Counted from the first letter of the stretch, positions 37,483-47,076 are shown. The stretch: 64,000 bases of DNA from Nitrospirota bacterium (GCA_049325335.1 JBMOMC010000044.1:64001-128000); one strand, 5' to 3'. Notes: a model not told the origin generated them from the letters alone. Made by a program: numbers and translations.

Positions 37483-38508
37483 ATGGACCACCCGTATCTT
37501 TACGCGCTTCGCTCCACGATCCTGGTGGCCTTGGTGGTCTCCGGCGCAGCATCGGGGGAATCATTGGCGACGGCGTCACCGCCCATTCCATCGCTGTCTC
37601 CCACAATACCCCTTGCTCCGCCCACGCATTCGGTCTGCGGTCGCTGTCACACCGGGTCCGGAAAACCGACGGTCCAGCCCATAACTGATCCCGCGTGCGC
37701 GGAGTGCCACCTGTTCGGACGTACCGATGTGAGCGTCACGCCGCAACTGACGCGCGTGGCCGCGGCCACGCCCGCGCCAGGCAGGTCACCCGGACCACCC
37801 GTCACACAGACGATGGTCGCGATTTCCGGCGGCGAGTTCGTGATGGGCAATGACGGTCGTGGCGACGACGGGCCCGGCGATGAAGACGAACGCCCCGCGC
37901 ACCGCGTCACCATCACGCCGTTTCGGATCGATCGATACGAAACCACCAACGCCATGTACGACGAGTTCATCCGCGCCACGCGCCGCGCACCGCCCTTTCA
38001 CTGGATCAACGGGCAAGTCCCCGAGGGCAAGGCCGATCACCCGGTGGTGTACGTTAGTTGGCACGACGCGGAGGCGTTCTGCCGGTGGGCCGGTAAACGC
38101 CTGCCCACCGAGGCGGAGTGGGAACGGGCCGCGCGGGGAACCGACGGCCGGCGATTCCCCTGGGGCGATCAGTTCGCTCCGACCAAGGCCAACACACCTC
38201 AGTACTGGCTGACCCAACACGCGGACGGCGACACCCTGCCGGTAGGCTCGTTCCCTGAAGGACGGACCCCGGAGCGCGTCGAGGACATGGCGGGCAACGT
38301 GTACGAGTGGGTGGCGGACTGGTATCAACCCTATCCCGGGAACCGATTTCCCAACGTCCACTACGGGACCAAGAACAAGGTCCTTCGCGGCGGCTCCTGG
38401 TACGACTGCCTGTCCTACGGCTGCGGACTGAGCTCACCGGTGTACAATCGCAGCCGGTTTGCCCCGGACATTAAGAACAAAGGATTCGGATTCCGATGCG
38501 CGCAATAA
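37483..38508 (+). CDS. FGE-sulfatase (SUMF1/EgtB/PvdO) domain protein with N-terminal diheme c module
   Basis: Signal peptide, CGRCH and CAECH, GGEFVMG, RLPTEAEWE.AARG, GNVYEW, RGGSW, GFRC. Confidence 0.9.
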   Translation: MDHPYLYALRSTILVALVVSGAASGESLATASPPIPSLSPTIPLAPPTHSVCGRCHTGSGKPTVQPITDPACAECHLFGRTDVSVTPQLTRVAAATPAPGRSPGPPVTQTMVAISGGEFVMGNDGRGDDGPGDEDERPAHRVTITPFRIDRYETTNAMYDEFIRATRRAPPFHWINGQVPEGKADHPVVYVSWHDAEAFCRWAGKRLPTEAEWERAARGTDGRRFPWGDQFAPTKANTPQYWLTQHADGDTLPVGSFPEGRTPERVEDMAGNVYEWVADWYQPYPGNRFPNVHYGTKNKVLRGGSWYDCLSYGCGLSSPVYNRSRFAPDIKNKGFGFRCAQ

Positions 38509-39446
38509 AGACGGAACCGGGGGTGGGGAGAGTGGGAGAGCGGGCGCAAGAGCAAAACCATGGTGGGCAAAACGCTCGAAAAGGACTTCAGCTTTTTCTC
38601 CGGCTCCCCCGCTCCCCCCACCTCCCCCTCATCCTTCTCGCACTGACAGCCTGCACCCCAATACCTCCCGGCATGGTCTCCGTCCCCGGCGGATCGTTCG
38701 TGATGGGGACGGACCAGGTGGATACGGAACACAAGGCCGCGGAGTACGGGATCATCAAACCGTGGTTTGAAGACGAGCACCCCGCGCACGCCGTGACTGT
38801 CGCGTCGTATTACCTCGACAAGTACGAGGTCACGAATGCGGATTATCAGACCTTCGTGCGTGCGACCAACCGCCGGCCGCCGCCGGACTGGTCGGGCGCG
38901 AGCCATCCGCCGGGCCTTGCGCGTTGGCCGGTGGCGTCGGTCTCGTGGGACGACGCGGATGCGTACTGCCGCTGGGCCGGCAAACGTCTCCCCACCGAGG
39001 CAGAGTGGGAATACGCCGCTCGGGGATCAGGAGGACGACTCTTCCCCTGGGGCGGCACGTTCGAGTTAGGGCATGCCAACATCGGCGGCGGCAGAAACGG
39101 GCCCGTGGCCGTGGGCAGCTACCCGCGGGGACAATCCCAGCTCGGCGTCCATGATCTGGTCGGCAATGTGTGGGAATGGACCGCGGACTGGTACCAGCCA
39201 TACCCGGGCAATCCGACCATGACCCCGACTGACCCGCCCCCCGGCCGCGTGCTCAGGGGCTCGTCATGGTCAGGGGTCGGCCACTTTCCGCCCGGAACCA
39301 TCGAACAGATCCTCGCGCACAACGCGCGCGGCAGCTTCCGGCTGTACGCGGATCCCAACGGACGATTGAACGACGTGGGGTTTCGCTGCGCACGAGATGG
39401 AGTGTACCAGACGAGGGGGAGACGGGGCGAAGGAGAGATGGGATGA
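38496..39446 (+). CDS. FGE-sulfatase (SUMF1/EgtB/PvdO) domain lipoprotein
   Basis: Lipobox LTAC, RLPTEAEWEYAARG, GNVWEW, RGSSW, GFRC; start uncertain. Confidence 0.88.
   Translation: MRAIKTEPGVGRVGERAQEQNHGGQNARKGLQLFLRLPRSPHLPLILLALTACTPIPPGMVSVPGGSFVMGTDQVDTEHKAAEYGIIKPWFEDEHPAHAVTVASYYLDKYEVTNADYQTFVRATNRRPPPDWSGASHPPGLARWPVASVSWDDADAYCRWAGKRLPTEAEWEYAARGSGGRLFPWGGTFELGHANIGGGRNGPVAVGSYPRGQSQLGVHDLVGNVWEWTADWYQPYPGNPTMTPTDPPPGRVLRGSSWSGVGHFPPGTIEQILAHNARGSFRLYADPNGRLNDVGFRCARDGVYQTRGRRGEGEMG
38519..38628. repeat. Octamer-repeat palindrome (purine arm / pyrimidine arm)
   Basis: GGAGAGTG GGAGAGCG ... CTCCGGCT CCCCCGCT CCCCCCAC. Confidence 0.55.
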
Positions 39447-39511
39447 AGATCGAAAGAACTCTAGTGCCCTGGCCCTTTCACCCATTCGCCCCCTCTCCCA
39501 CTCACCCCCTC
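39413..39511. repeat. Octamer-repeat palindrome (purine arm / pyrimidine arm)
   Basis: GAGGGGGA GACGGGGC GAAGGAGA GATGGGAT ... CACCCATT CGCCCCCT CTCCCACT CACCCCCT. Confidence 0.6.
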
Positions 39512-39518
39512 GTGTTTT

Positions 39519-40163
39519 TCACAACAACCCCCGCTTCCGTAAGAATTCCGCATCGACCTTTTCGGATTTGACGTCGCCGCCGGTCAGCAAGCGTTCGACG
39601 TACTTGGCAATCAGATCCGGTTCGAGATTGACGGACGATCCGGGCGGTTTGAGTCCCAGGTTGGTGACGTCCGCGGTGTGCGGGATGATCATCACGCCAA
39701 AGGTTTTCTCGGTCAACGACGTGATGGTGAGGCTTACGCCGTCGATCGTAATCGAGCCCTTGCCCACGCAGTAGCGAAGGATCTCGCGAGGCGCCTCGAT
39801 CGTGAGGTTGATCGCGTTCGCATCCGGTGTGCGGGAGGCCACGCGGCCCACAGCTTCCACGTGCCCGCTCACCAGGTGCCCGCCCAACCGGTCGCCCAAC
39901 CGCATCGCCCGTTCTAGATTGACGCCGTCGCCGGGCGCAAGGCCGCCCAGCGTGGTCACGCGCAGCGTCTCGGGCCCCACGTCCACGGCAAAGCCGTGAT
40001 CGGTCAATCGCACCACGGTCACACACACCCCGTTGACCGTCACACTGTCGCCCACATTCATATCTTTGATCACGCGTCGCGCGAGCACGGTCAACACCGC
40101 GGATTGCAGCCCGCGCTCCAACGCCTGCACCACGCCCAGTTCTTCCACGATTCCGGTGAACAT
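39519..40163 (-). CDS. ribE: Riboflavin synthase (alpha chain)
   Basis: MFTGIVEE, VNGVCVTV, VNLERA, GGHLVSGHV, KGSITIDGVSLT. Confidence 0.97.
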   Translation of the reverse strand: MFTGIVEELGVVQALERGLQSAVLTVLARRVIKDMNVGDSVTVNGVCVTVVRLTDHGFAVDVGPETLRVTTLGGLAPGDGVNLERAMRLGDRLGGHLVSGHVEAVGRVASRTPDANAINLTIEAPREILRYCVGKGSITIDGVSLTITSLTEKTFGVMIIPHTADVTNLGLKPPGSSVNLEPDLIAKYVERLLTGGDVKSEKVDAEFLRKRGLL

Positions 40164-40166
40164 GAG

Positions 40167-40985
40167 TTAGGATTCCTCCCCTAATCGATACAACAAGTCC
40201 ATTGGCCCCTTCCCGTGGCCAATGGCCAGCCCGTGTCGGATCGCCTCGGTGATGTACGATTTCGCGGCCCGCACCGCCGCCACCAAGTCCGCACCCTTGG
40301 CCAGGTGCGCGGTGATCGCAGCCGAGTATGCGCAGCCCGTGCCGTGCGTGTGCGGGCTGTCGATCCACTCCCCGGGGATCACGGTCCACGTTGCGCCGTC
40401 GAACAACACGTCGGTCCCCGGCGCCTCGGACAAATGCCCACCCTTGAGCAACACGGCGCGAGCACCGAGTTGGTGAACCTTGCGGGCGGCCGCGCGCGCG
40501 TCGTCGATCGTCGCAACGCGCATCCCGGTCAGCGCCTCGGCCTCCGGCACATTGGGCGTCACCACCTCGGCCAAGGGCATCAGATCGTGGATCAGCGCGG
40601 TGACGGCACCGGGTTCGAGCAATCGCACGCCGGTGGACGCCACCATGACCGGATCCACGACCAACCGAGGCGAGCCGTGCTTGCGTAAGCGCTCCGCCAC
40701 GGTCCGCACGATCTCGGCCGAATACAGCATCCCGGTCTTGACCGCAGCGATCGCGAAATCGGAGAACACCGCATCGAGTTGCGACTCGATCACGTCGCGC
40801 GGCATCGGGTGAATGCGGCTGATCGTGGTGGTGTTCTGCGCCGTGACGGCAACCACCACCGACAGGCCGAACGCCCCGTTCGCGGCCATGGCTTTGATGT
40901 CGCCCTGAACGCCGGCGCCGCCGCCCGGATCGGACGTCGCAATGGTGAGGGTTTGATGAATCGTCCTCGCGTCGGTCATACCCAT
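40167..40985 (-). CDS. thiD: Hydroxymethylpyrimidine/phosphomethylpyrimidine kinase
   Basis: IATSDPGGGAGVQGD, KTGML, VDPVM, TPN, KGGH, THGTGC. Confidence 0.95.
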   Translation of the reverse strand: MGMTDARTIHQTLTIATSDPGGGAGVQGDIKAMAANGAFGLSVVVAVTAQNTTTISRIHPMPRDVIESQLDAVFSDFAIAAVKTGMLYSAEIVRTVAERLRKHGSPRLVVDPVMVASTGVRLLEPGAVTALIHDLMPLAEVVTPNVPEAEALTGMRVATIDDARAAARKVHQLGARAVLLKGGHLSEAPGTDVLFDGATWTVIPGEWIDSPHTHGTGCAYSAAITAHLAKGADLVAAVRAAKSYITEAIRHGLAIGHGKGPMDLLYRLGEES

Positions 40986-41080
40986 CCGGATATCCGAAAT
41001 GACGGCATTCTACATGGTCCCCGCGTCACCTTCAACGCACAGCACTTGACCTTCGCGGTTCGAATCCTCACACTCAGCGC

Positions 41081-41866
41081 ATGGACCCGTGGCGACTGAT
41101 CGTGGACCCGCCCTCGCCCGCCGGATACAACATGGCGGTGGACGAGACGTTGGCCGACGCGTGCCGTCGAGGATTCATCGGCCCCACGTTGCGACTGTAT
41201 AGTTGGGACCGGCCGTCCATCTCGCTCGGGTACTTCCAGCGGCCCGAGGCGGTCGTGGATCTGGAGCGGTGCCGCGCCGCGGGCGTGCCCGTGGTCAAAC
41301 GCACCACCGGAGGCCGCGCCGTGTATCACTACCGCGAGGTGACGTATAGCCTGGTCGCGCCGACTCCCCACCCGTTGTTCGCGCCGACCATCCGCGGCGC
41401 GTACGAAGTCGTGGCGCGCGCCCTGGCCTCGGGATTGGCCGACCTCGACGTGCGCGTCGAACTTCATCCGCGCGACCCCGAACGTCCTCGCCGCACCGCG
41501 CGGACGCCCCTGTGTTTTGATTCGACGTCCCGCTTCGAGTTGACGGTGCACGGGAAGAAAGTCGTGGGCAGCGCGCAACGCCGCTGGCCCACCGCGTTCC
41601 TCCAGCACGGCTCGATCCTGCTGGCGTACGATGCGACCGAAGCCGAGTCATGGTTTCCCGGTCACGCAGCCGCCCCCGATTCCATCATCGGCCTCAACGC
41701 GTTTCGTCCCGAGATTTCGCCGGATGACATACGTCGCGCCGTGTGTTCGGGCGTGGAACGCGCGTTCGGGGTTCGGCTGGTCCTCGACACGCTCTCGGCC
41801 GAGGAAGCGGACGCCGTTGCACAATCGTCACAATCCCGTGACCTCACCGTGACCCAGGTCGTGTAA
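41081..41866 (+). CDS. Lipoate-protein ligase A / LipM-like octanoyltransferase
   Basis: NMAVDE, LRLYSW, SLGYFQ, KRTTGGRAVYH, CF, GKKVVGSAQ, LQHGSI. Confidence 0.9.
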   Translation: MDPWRLIVDPPSPAGYNMAVDETLADACRRGFIGPTLRLYSWDRPSISLGYFQRPEAVVDLERCRAAGVPVVKRTTGGRAVYHYREVTYSLVAPTPHPLFAPTIRGAYEVVARALASGLADLDVRVELHPRDPERPRRTARTPLCFDSTSRFELTVHGKKVVGSAQRRWPTAFLQHGSILLAYDATEAESWFPGHAAAPDSIIGLNAFRPEISPDDIRRAVCSGVERAFGVRLVLDTLSAEEADAVAQSSQSRDLTVTQVV

Positions 41867-41876
41867 CATCACGGAC

Positions 41877-42584
41877 ATGAGTGCCGCCCCCCTCATTCTG
41901 GTGGTTGAAGACGATCCCAAAACATCGAACCTGCTCAAAGTCTATCTTGAACGCGAGGGGTACCACACGCGTTCCGCCACCGACGGGGCGCAGGCCGTGG
42001 AGATCGCGCAGCGCCACGCCCCGGCGCTGATCATTCTCGACCTCATGATCCCGAAGCTGGACGGGCTCGAAGTCTGTCGTCGCATCCGGCAAACCTCGGA
42101 CGTGCCGATTCTCATGCTCACCGCACGCGTGGAGGAGGTCGATAAGCTGGTCGGCCTTTCGATCGGGGCGGATGACTACGTGACCAAGCCGTTCTCGCCC
42201 CGCGAGGTGGTGGCGCGGGTGAAAGCGATCTTACGGCGCACCGCCCACAAACTCGCGAGCGCCGGCGCCAAGCCCTTGTCCTCCGGCGACCTCGTCCTTG
42301 ACGAAACCAAAGCCAAGGTCACGGTCAAAGGGAAACCCGTGTCCCTGACCGCGATCGAACTGCGCCTGCTGGCCAGACTTATGCGCGCGCCCGGCACCGT
42401 GTTTTCTCGCTCGCAGTTACTCGACGCGTTGTACACGCAGGATGGCGTGCACGTGCTCGACCGCACCGTGGATGTGCATATCGGCCGCCTACGCGACAAG
42501 ATCGAGCCCGTGCCGTCACAACCCGTGTACGTGTTGACGGTACGCGGGCTCGGGTACAAGTTCCGCGACGAGGACGCCGAATGA
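41877..42584 (+). CDS. OmpR-family response regulator
   Basis: LVVEDD, LDLMIP, GADDYVTKPF, RTVDVHI..LR.K, TVRG.GY. Confidence 0.95.
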   Translation: MSAAPLILVVEDDPKTSNLLKVYLEREGYHTRSATDGAQAVEIAQRHAPALIILDLMIPKLDGLEVCRRIRQTSDVPILMLTARVEEVDKLVGLSIGADDYVTKPFSPREVVARVKAILRRTAHKLASAGAKPLSSGDLVLDETKAKVTVKGKPVSLTAIELRLLARLMRAPGTVFSRSQLLDALYTQDGVHVLDRTVDVHIGRLRDKIEPVPSQPVYVLTVRGLGYKFRDEDAE

Positions 42585-43684
42585 CGGTCCAACCCACGCC
42601 GCGTCCGCGGCGCGTGCCCTTGCTCTGGAAACTGATGGGCATCCACCTGTTCGTGCTCTCGGCCGTGATCGCCATCATCTGGATCGCCATCGAGCGGATC
42701 GCGGGCGATTACTTCATGCAGTTGATGAAGGACTACCACATCGACCCGGTCATGCCGCACCAGATGTTCCTGCACGCCACGACATCAACGCTTATTTGGA
42801 CCAGCGTCGGCGCATTCGCGCTCGCGCTGGTCGCAAGTCTGGTGCTGACCCGTCGCATCCTGCGTCCCATACAAGACATGGGCGCGATCGCGGGACGTAT
42901 TGCAGCCGGAGACTATTCCCAGCGCGTGGACGCGATGCCGGGCGACGAGGTCGGCGAGTTGGTGAACGCCTTCAACCAGATGGTGTGCAGCCTCCAGCGC
43001 GTCGAGAAACTCCGGAAGGACCTGGTTGCGGACGTGGCGCACGAACTGCGCACGCCGTTGACCAACATGCGGGGCTACCTCGAAGCCCTACGCGACGGCG
43101 TGTTGCCGCCCTCCCCGGAACAAATCGCGTCGCTGCACGAAGAAGTGTTGCGATTGGTCCGGCTCGTCGAAGGGCTGCACCAGTTGGCCATCGCGGACGC
43201 TGGCGTCCAACGATTGCGCCTCGACACCGTGGACATCGGGACGCTCACCGTGAACACGCTGGAACCGTTCAGAGCCCGGGCCGCCGCCAAGGGCATCAGG
43301 CTCGTCGCGCCGGCTGAAAACGGACATGACAGGGTCCACGTCGATCCCGACCAATTCATTGGTGTGCTGAACAATCTGTTCGAGAACGCGCTGCACTATA
43401 CGCCGCGCGACGGCGAGGTCTTCGTCCGGATCAACCGGGAAGGCCCCGCCGTCGTCCTAAGCGTGTCGAACACCGGGGACGGCATCGTTTCCCACGATCT
43501 CCCATTCGTGTTCGAACGGTTCTATCGCGGCGAGAAATCCCGCTCCCGCGAGCATGGCGGCGCAGGCATCGGCCTCTCGCTCGTCAAGCAAATCGTCGAC
43601 GCCCACGGCGGCGCGGTCTCGGTCCAGAGCGACCACGGCCTCACCACGTTCCGGGTTACGCTGCCGCGAACCGGCGCGAACTAG
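42581..43684 (+). CDS. HAMP sensor histidine kinase (BaeS-like)
   Basis: Two TM helices, HAMP, AHELRTPL, NL.ENA, FERFYR, G.GIGL. Confidence 0.95.
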   Translation: MTVQPTPRPRRVPLLWKLMGIHLFVLSAVIAIIWIAIERIAGDYFMQLMKDYHIDPVMPHQMFLHATTSTLIWTSVGAFALALVASLVLTRRILRPIQDMGAIAGRIAAGDYSQRVDAMPGDEVGELVNAFNQMVCSLQRVEKLRKDLVADVAHELRTPLTNMRGYLEALRDGVLPPSPEQIASLHEEVLRLVRLVEGLHQLAIADAGVQRLRLDTVDIGTLTVNTLEPFRARAAAKGIRLVAPAENGHDRVHVDPDQFIGVLNNLFENALHYTPRDGEVFVRINREGPAVVLSVSNTGDGIVSHDLPFVFERFYRGEKSRSREHGGAGIGLSLVKQIVDAHGGAVSVQSDHGLTTFRVTLPRTGAN

Positions 43685-44343
43685 TCAACGGCGGGGCGAC
43701 TCGATCGCTTCGTCGGCTTGGCCTCCTCGTCCTGTTCCCGCCGCCGCTGGTAAAACGCGGCCACCTTCATGCGATTGCCACACCACTGCATACTGCACCA
43801 GCGCCGGCTGTGGTTCTTGGTCTGGTCGTAGAAAAACAGGATGCAGCGATGGTTCTCGCACCGCCGGATCAACGAAAAATCCGCATCACAAAGGAGATCG
43901 CTTGCCGCCTCCGCGACCGGGACGAGGAGATCCTCCGGCGCCGCAAACTCGGCGTGCACCCGCTTCGTGAATCCCCCCCGGATCTTTGCCACCTCGACAT
44001 ACCCCGTTCGGGCTCGGAGTCGCTGATTGATCACCCCGACCACCGCACGCGGAACCGATTTTCCGTGAGCGATCCGTTCGACCGTCTCGCGTAACGCGCC
44101 GCGAAAGTCCCGGACCTCGGCCAGCGCCCGTTCGGCCGCCGGCTCGCCCGCCCAACGATTGGCGAGCGTTCGCGCCGTCTTGGCGTCGATGACCTGGGCC
44201 TGCGCCAGCCACGCCAGCCACGACTCGAAAACCGTCAACAGATCGCGGCGCTGCCCCTTTACGTTGATCTCCGTATTCACAAAATCGAGACACCGGTGGT
44301 TGCCGATGAACGGAAACCATGGAACGGATCGAGTCTTCACCAT
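43681..44343 (-). CDS. ABATE/CGNR zinc-finger transcriptional regulator
   Basis: CLDFVNT; C-terminal RRCEN..C...FYD.TKN.SRRWCSM..CGNR.K. Confidence 0.92.
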   Translation of the reverse strand: MVKTRSVPWFPFIGNHRCLDFVNTEINVKGQRRDLLTVFESWLAWLAQAQVIDAKTARTLANRWAGEPAAERALAEVRDFRGALRETVERIAHGKSVPRAVVGVINQRLRARTGYVEVAKIRGGFTKRVHAEFAAPEDLLVPVAEAASDLLCDADFSLIRRCENHRCILFFYDQTKNHSRRWCSMQWCGNRMKVAAFYQRRREQDEEAKPTKRSSRPAVD

Positions 44344-44400
44344 TGCCCCTCGGGAACTCCCCTGTGGTCGCGAGATCCGGTCGCCATCTGAATATTCAAC

Positions 44401-44526
44401 TAACGTTCATATAGGAATATACCAGGTTACGCACCGCCCAGCATTCCCCGCCGCTTGTCGGGATAGCCACCCCTTGACGAGGAATACAGTCCGTGTTTAA
44501 CTGTCTATTAGTTAATTTACAGGTTA
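44401..44526. promoter_or_regulatory. Two TAAC-N21-GTTA boxes (44401-44429, 44498-44526), putative CGNR operators
   Basis: Same 29-bp architecture, both ending CAGGTTA, in the divergent intergenic region. Confidence 0.65.
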
Positions 44527-44578
44527 TAAATATTTCGACCCCATTTCGGGGTTGATCTCACCAGAAAGGGGATGGGCC

Positions 44579-45025
44579 ATGAGTATTCAGACCGCAGGCA
44601 TGCACCACCTGGGATTGACCGTGACGAACCTCGATCGATCAAAACAGTTCTACCAAGACCTGTTTGGCTGGAAGGAGCTAGGCGCTGACCTGAAGATGGG
44701 CTACGCTTTCCTGACCGACGGCAAAACCATGATCACGCTCTGGCAACAGAGCCAAGGCGCCTACGACAAGGCGCACGCCGGGTTGCACCACTTCGCTCTT
44801 GCCGTGGGCAGTTCCGACGACCTCGTCCGCGCGGAGCAGGTCTTGCGAAAGAAGGGCGTCCGCATCCACTACGACCGCATCGTACCCGCGATGGAAGGGG
44901 CCAAGGAGGCGGAACTGTACTTCTATGATCCCGATGGCATCAGGGTCGAATTGTTCAGCGCGCAAGGAGGGGAAGGGAAGGAAGCGCCGGTGCGTCACGG
45001 GCCGTCGTGTTTCTTGCCGGATTGA
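44579..45025 (+). CDS. VOC/glyoxalase family protein
   Basis: HHLGLTV.NLDRS..FY, GLHHFAL, YFYDPDG.RVE. Confidence 0.92.
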   Translation: MSIQTAGMHHLGLTVTNLDRSKQFYQDLFGWKELGADLKMGYAFLTDGKTMITLWQQSQGAYDKAHAGLHHFALAVGSSDDLVRAEQVLRKKGVRIHYDRIVPAMEGAKEAELYFYDPDGIRVELFSAQGGEGKEAPVRHGPSCFLPD

Positions 45026-45073
45026 GCGGAGAACAACATGAGAGGGGCGATGAGGAGAGGAGCGGAGCGAATC

Positions 45074-45607
45074 ATGTCGCAAGCAAAGAGTAGACGACAT
45101 AACGAGGTGCACCCCGGCGAGTTTGAGATGCACACCCGGGTCGGCAGCCGGCTGATCGGCCAGCGGATCATCGAGCACATCCGTGATGTCCTGGGCGTGG
45201 GGTTTAAGGAGTTCATCGAGGCTCAGTGCATGTTCTTCCTGTCGACCGCGGACGACGAGGGCCGCCTCGACTGCAACTATCGAGGCGGCCCTCCCGGGTT
45301 CGTTCGGGTGGTCGACGACCGCACGCTCCTGTTTCCGGACTACAACGGAAACGGCTCGTTCATGAGCCTGGGCAACCTCGTGGTGAACCCGAATGTCGGG
45401 ATGCTATTCATCGATTTCGAACGGCAACGGAGAATCCGCGTGAACGGTCGCGCCGAGATCCTCGACGACCCGGAACTGGTCTCGCAATTTCCCGGAGCGG
45501 AACGCATCGTCAGAGTCACGGTGGAGCAGGCGTTCCCCAACTGCTCGCGCTACATCCCTCGGATGGTCCGCGTCGACCCGCCACCCGAGGACTGGCCTAC
45601 GCCATGA
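45074..45607 (+). CDS. Pyridoxamine 5'-phosphate oxidase family (FMN-binding) protein
   Basis: FFLSTAD..G..DC.YRGG.PGFV, FPDYNGN, SLGNL..NP.VG.LFIDF, FPNC.RYI. Confidence 0.88.
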   Translation: MSQAKSRRHNEVHPGEFEMHTRVGSRLIGQRIIEHIRDVLGVGFKEFIEAQCMFFLSTADDEGRLDCNYRGGPPGFVRVVDDRTLLFPDYNGNGSFMSLGNLVVNPNVGMLFIDFERQRRIRVNGRAEILDDPELVSQFPGAERIVRVTVEQAFPNCSRYIPRMVRVDPPPEDWPTP

Positions 45608-46426
45608 AGTACGCCAACCTCGGATGCACTGGCTTGAAGGTGAGCCGTCTGGCGCTCGGGACTATGAACTTCGGCCCAAAGACGAGCGAGGACGAAAGCC
45701 ACGCGATCCTCGATCGCGCTATCGAGATGGGGATCAACCTGGTCGATACCGCCGACATCTACGGATACCGCAGGGCCCGGGGCACGGGCGCACGATGGAC
45801 CGAGGAAATTATCGGCCGCTGGCTCGCGCACGAGAGCGGGCAGCGTGAGCGGATCGTGTTGGTGACCGAGGTGTTTAGCCGGATCGGTGACGGCGAGAAC
45901 GATCACGGGCTTTCGGCCTCCCACATCCGACGCGCATGCGAGGACAGCCACCGGCCAACAGGTTGCCTCCCAGCGACACCTCCTGGGACTGGCCGGCGAG
46001 CAGAGCGTGTACAACCTCGGCAACCGAGCCATCGAGTCGGAAGTCATCCCAGTCTGTCGTCATTACGGTCTGGGATTGCTGGCATGGAGCCCATTGGCGG
46101 CCGGGCTCTTGGCGGGAGCGGCGAACCCGGCGGAACAGGGACGACGAGCCGCTGCACATGTCCGCGAGCAGGTGGATCGTCGAAGGGATCAAGTCATACG
46201 CTACGAGGCCCTGTGCGCCGAGATGGGCGAGACCGCCGCGACGGTGGCGCTCGCGTGGGTGCTCGCCAATCCCACGGTCACGGCCGCGATCATCGGCCCC
46301 CGCACCCCCCAACAGCTCGACGCGAGCCGTCGGGCGCTCGATCTTCCATTGAGCGATGACGTGCGTCGCCGGCTCGACGCGATCTGGCCCGGTCCCGGGG
46401 AAGCGCCGGAAGGGTACGCGTGGTGA
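45604..46426 (+). pseudogene. Aldo/keto reductase pseudogene (internal deletion plus frameshift near 45950)
   Basis: N-half (LG.TGLKVSRL.LGTM, DTADIY) stops at RRACEDS; C-half (Q..YNL, WSPLA.G, ALAWVL, IIGPRT) is in another frame; catalytic ATK reads VTE. Confidence 0.85.
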
Positions 46427-46443
46427 GTCGGATCTCATGCCGC

Positions 46444-46472
46444 TTGACATTCTACCTATTGATAGATAAGAT
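46444..46472 (+). promoter_or_regulatory. tetR promoter TTGACA-N17-TAAGAT with operator TCTACCTATTGATAGA in the spacer
   Basis: Near-consensus promoter; operator repeated at 47077-47092. Confidence 0.75.
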
Positions 46473-46483
46473 CGCACACCATC

Positions 46484-47059
46484 ATGAAGAGCGTTCCGGT
46501 CATCGACCAAATCCTCGACCTCGCCCAACGCCTGGTTCAAACCCGGGGCTACAACGCGATGAGCTACCGTGATTTGGCGGATCAGATCGGCATCAAGACC
46601 TCCAGCATCCACTACTACTTTCCGGCCAAAGAAGACTTGGGACGGGCGTTGATGACCCGCTATCGGCAGGGCATACAGTCGGCATTGGCCGGCATTGACG
46701 CGAAGACCACTGATCCCCGCGTGAAGATCGAGCGCTATGTCGAATTGTTTCGTGAGGCGGTTCGGTCAGGTCGCATCTGCCTGGGCGGCATGCTGGCGAC
46801 CGACCTCACCACCCTGCCGCGGGGCGTCCAGGCGGAGGTGAAGACCTTTTTTACCGAGAACGAGGCGTGGGTAGCCAACGTGCTTGAAGCGGGCCGGGAA
46901 TCAGGGGCGTTTACATTTGAGGGACCATCAAAGGGCAAGGCGGCCACCGTGTTCGCGGCCTTGGAGGGGGCCATGATCGCCGCACGACTGTTTAACGACG
47001 ACAAACGCTTGGTGAGCGCAGCGGACTGGCTGCTCGATACACTCGCCACGCCGCGCTAA
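46484..47059 (+). CDS. TetR/AcrR family regulator (NemR/LmrA-like)
   Basis: HTH GY..MSYRDLA..IGIK.SSIHYYF..KEDL; CLGGMLA. Confidence 0.93.
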   Translation: MKSVPVIDQILDLAQRLVQTRGYNAMSYRDLADQIGIKTSSIHYYFPAKEDLGRALMTRYRQGIQSALAGIDAKTTDPRVKIERYVELFREAVRSGRICLGGMLATDLTTLPRGVQAEVKTFFTENEAWVANVLEAGRESGAFTFEGPSKGKAATVFAALEGAMIAARLFNDDKRLVSAADWLLDTLATPR

Positions 47060-47076
47060 TTTTTTTGGCGCGACTG

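Noticed and set aside
41819..41853. CACAATC and CCGTGACC short repeats upstream of the response regulator as autoregulatory boxes
   Set aside because: Irregular spacing and located inside the ligase coding end; too weak to call
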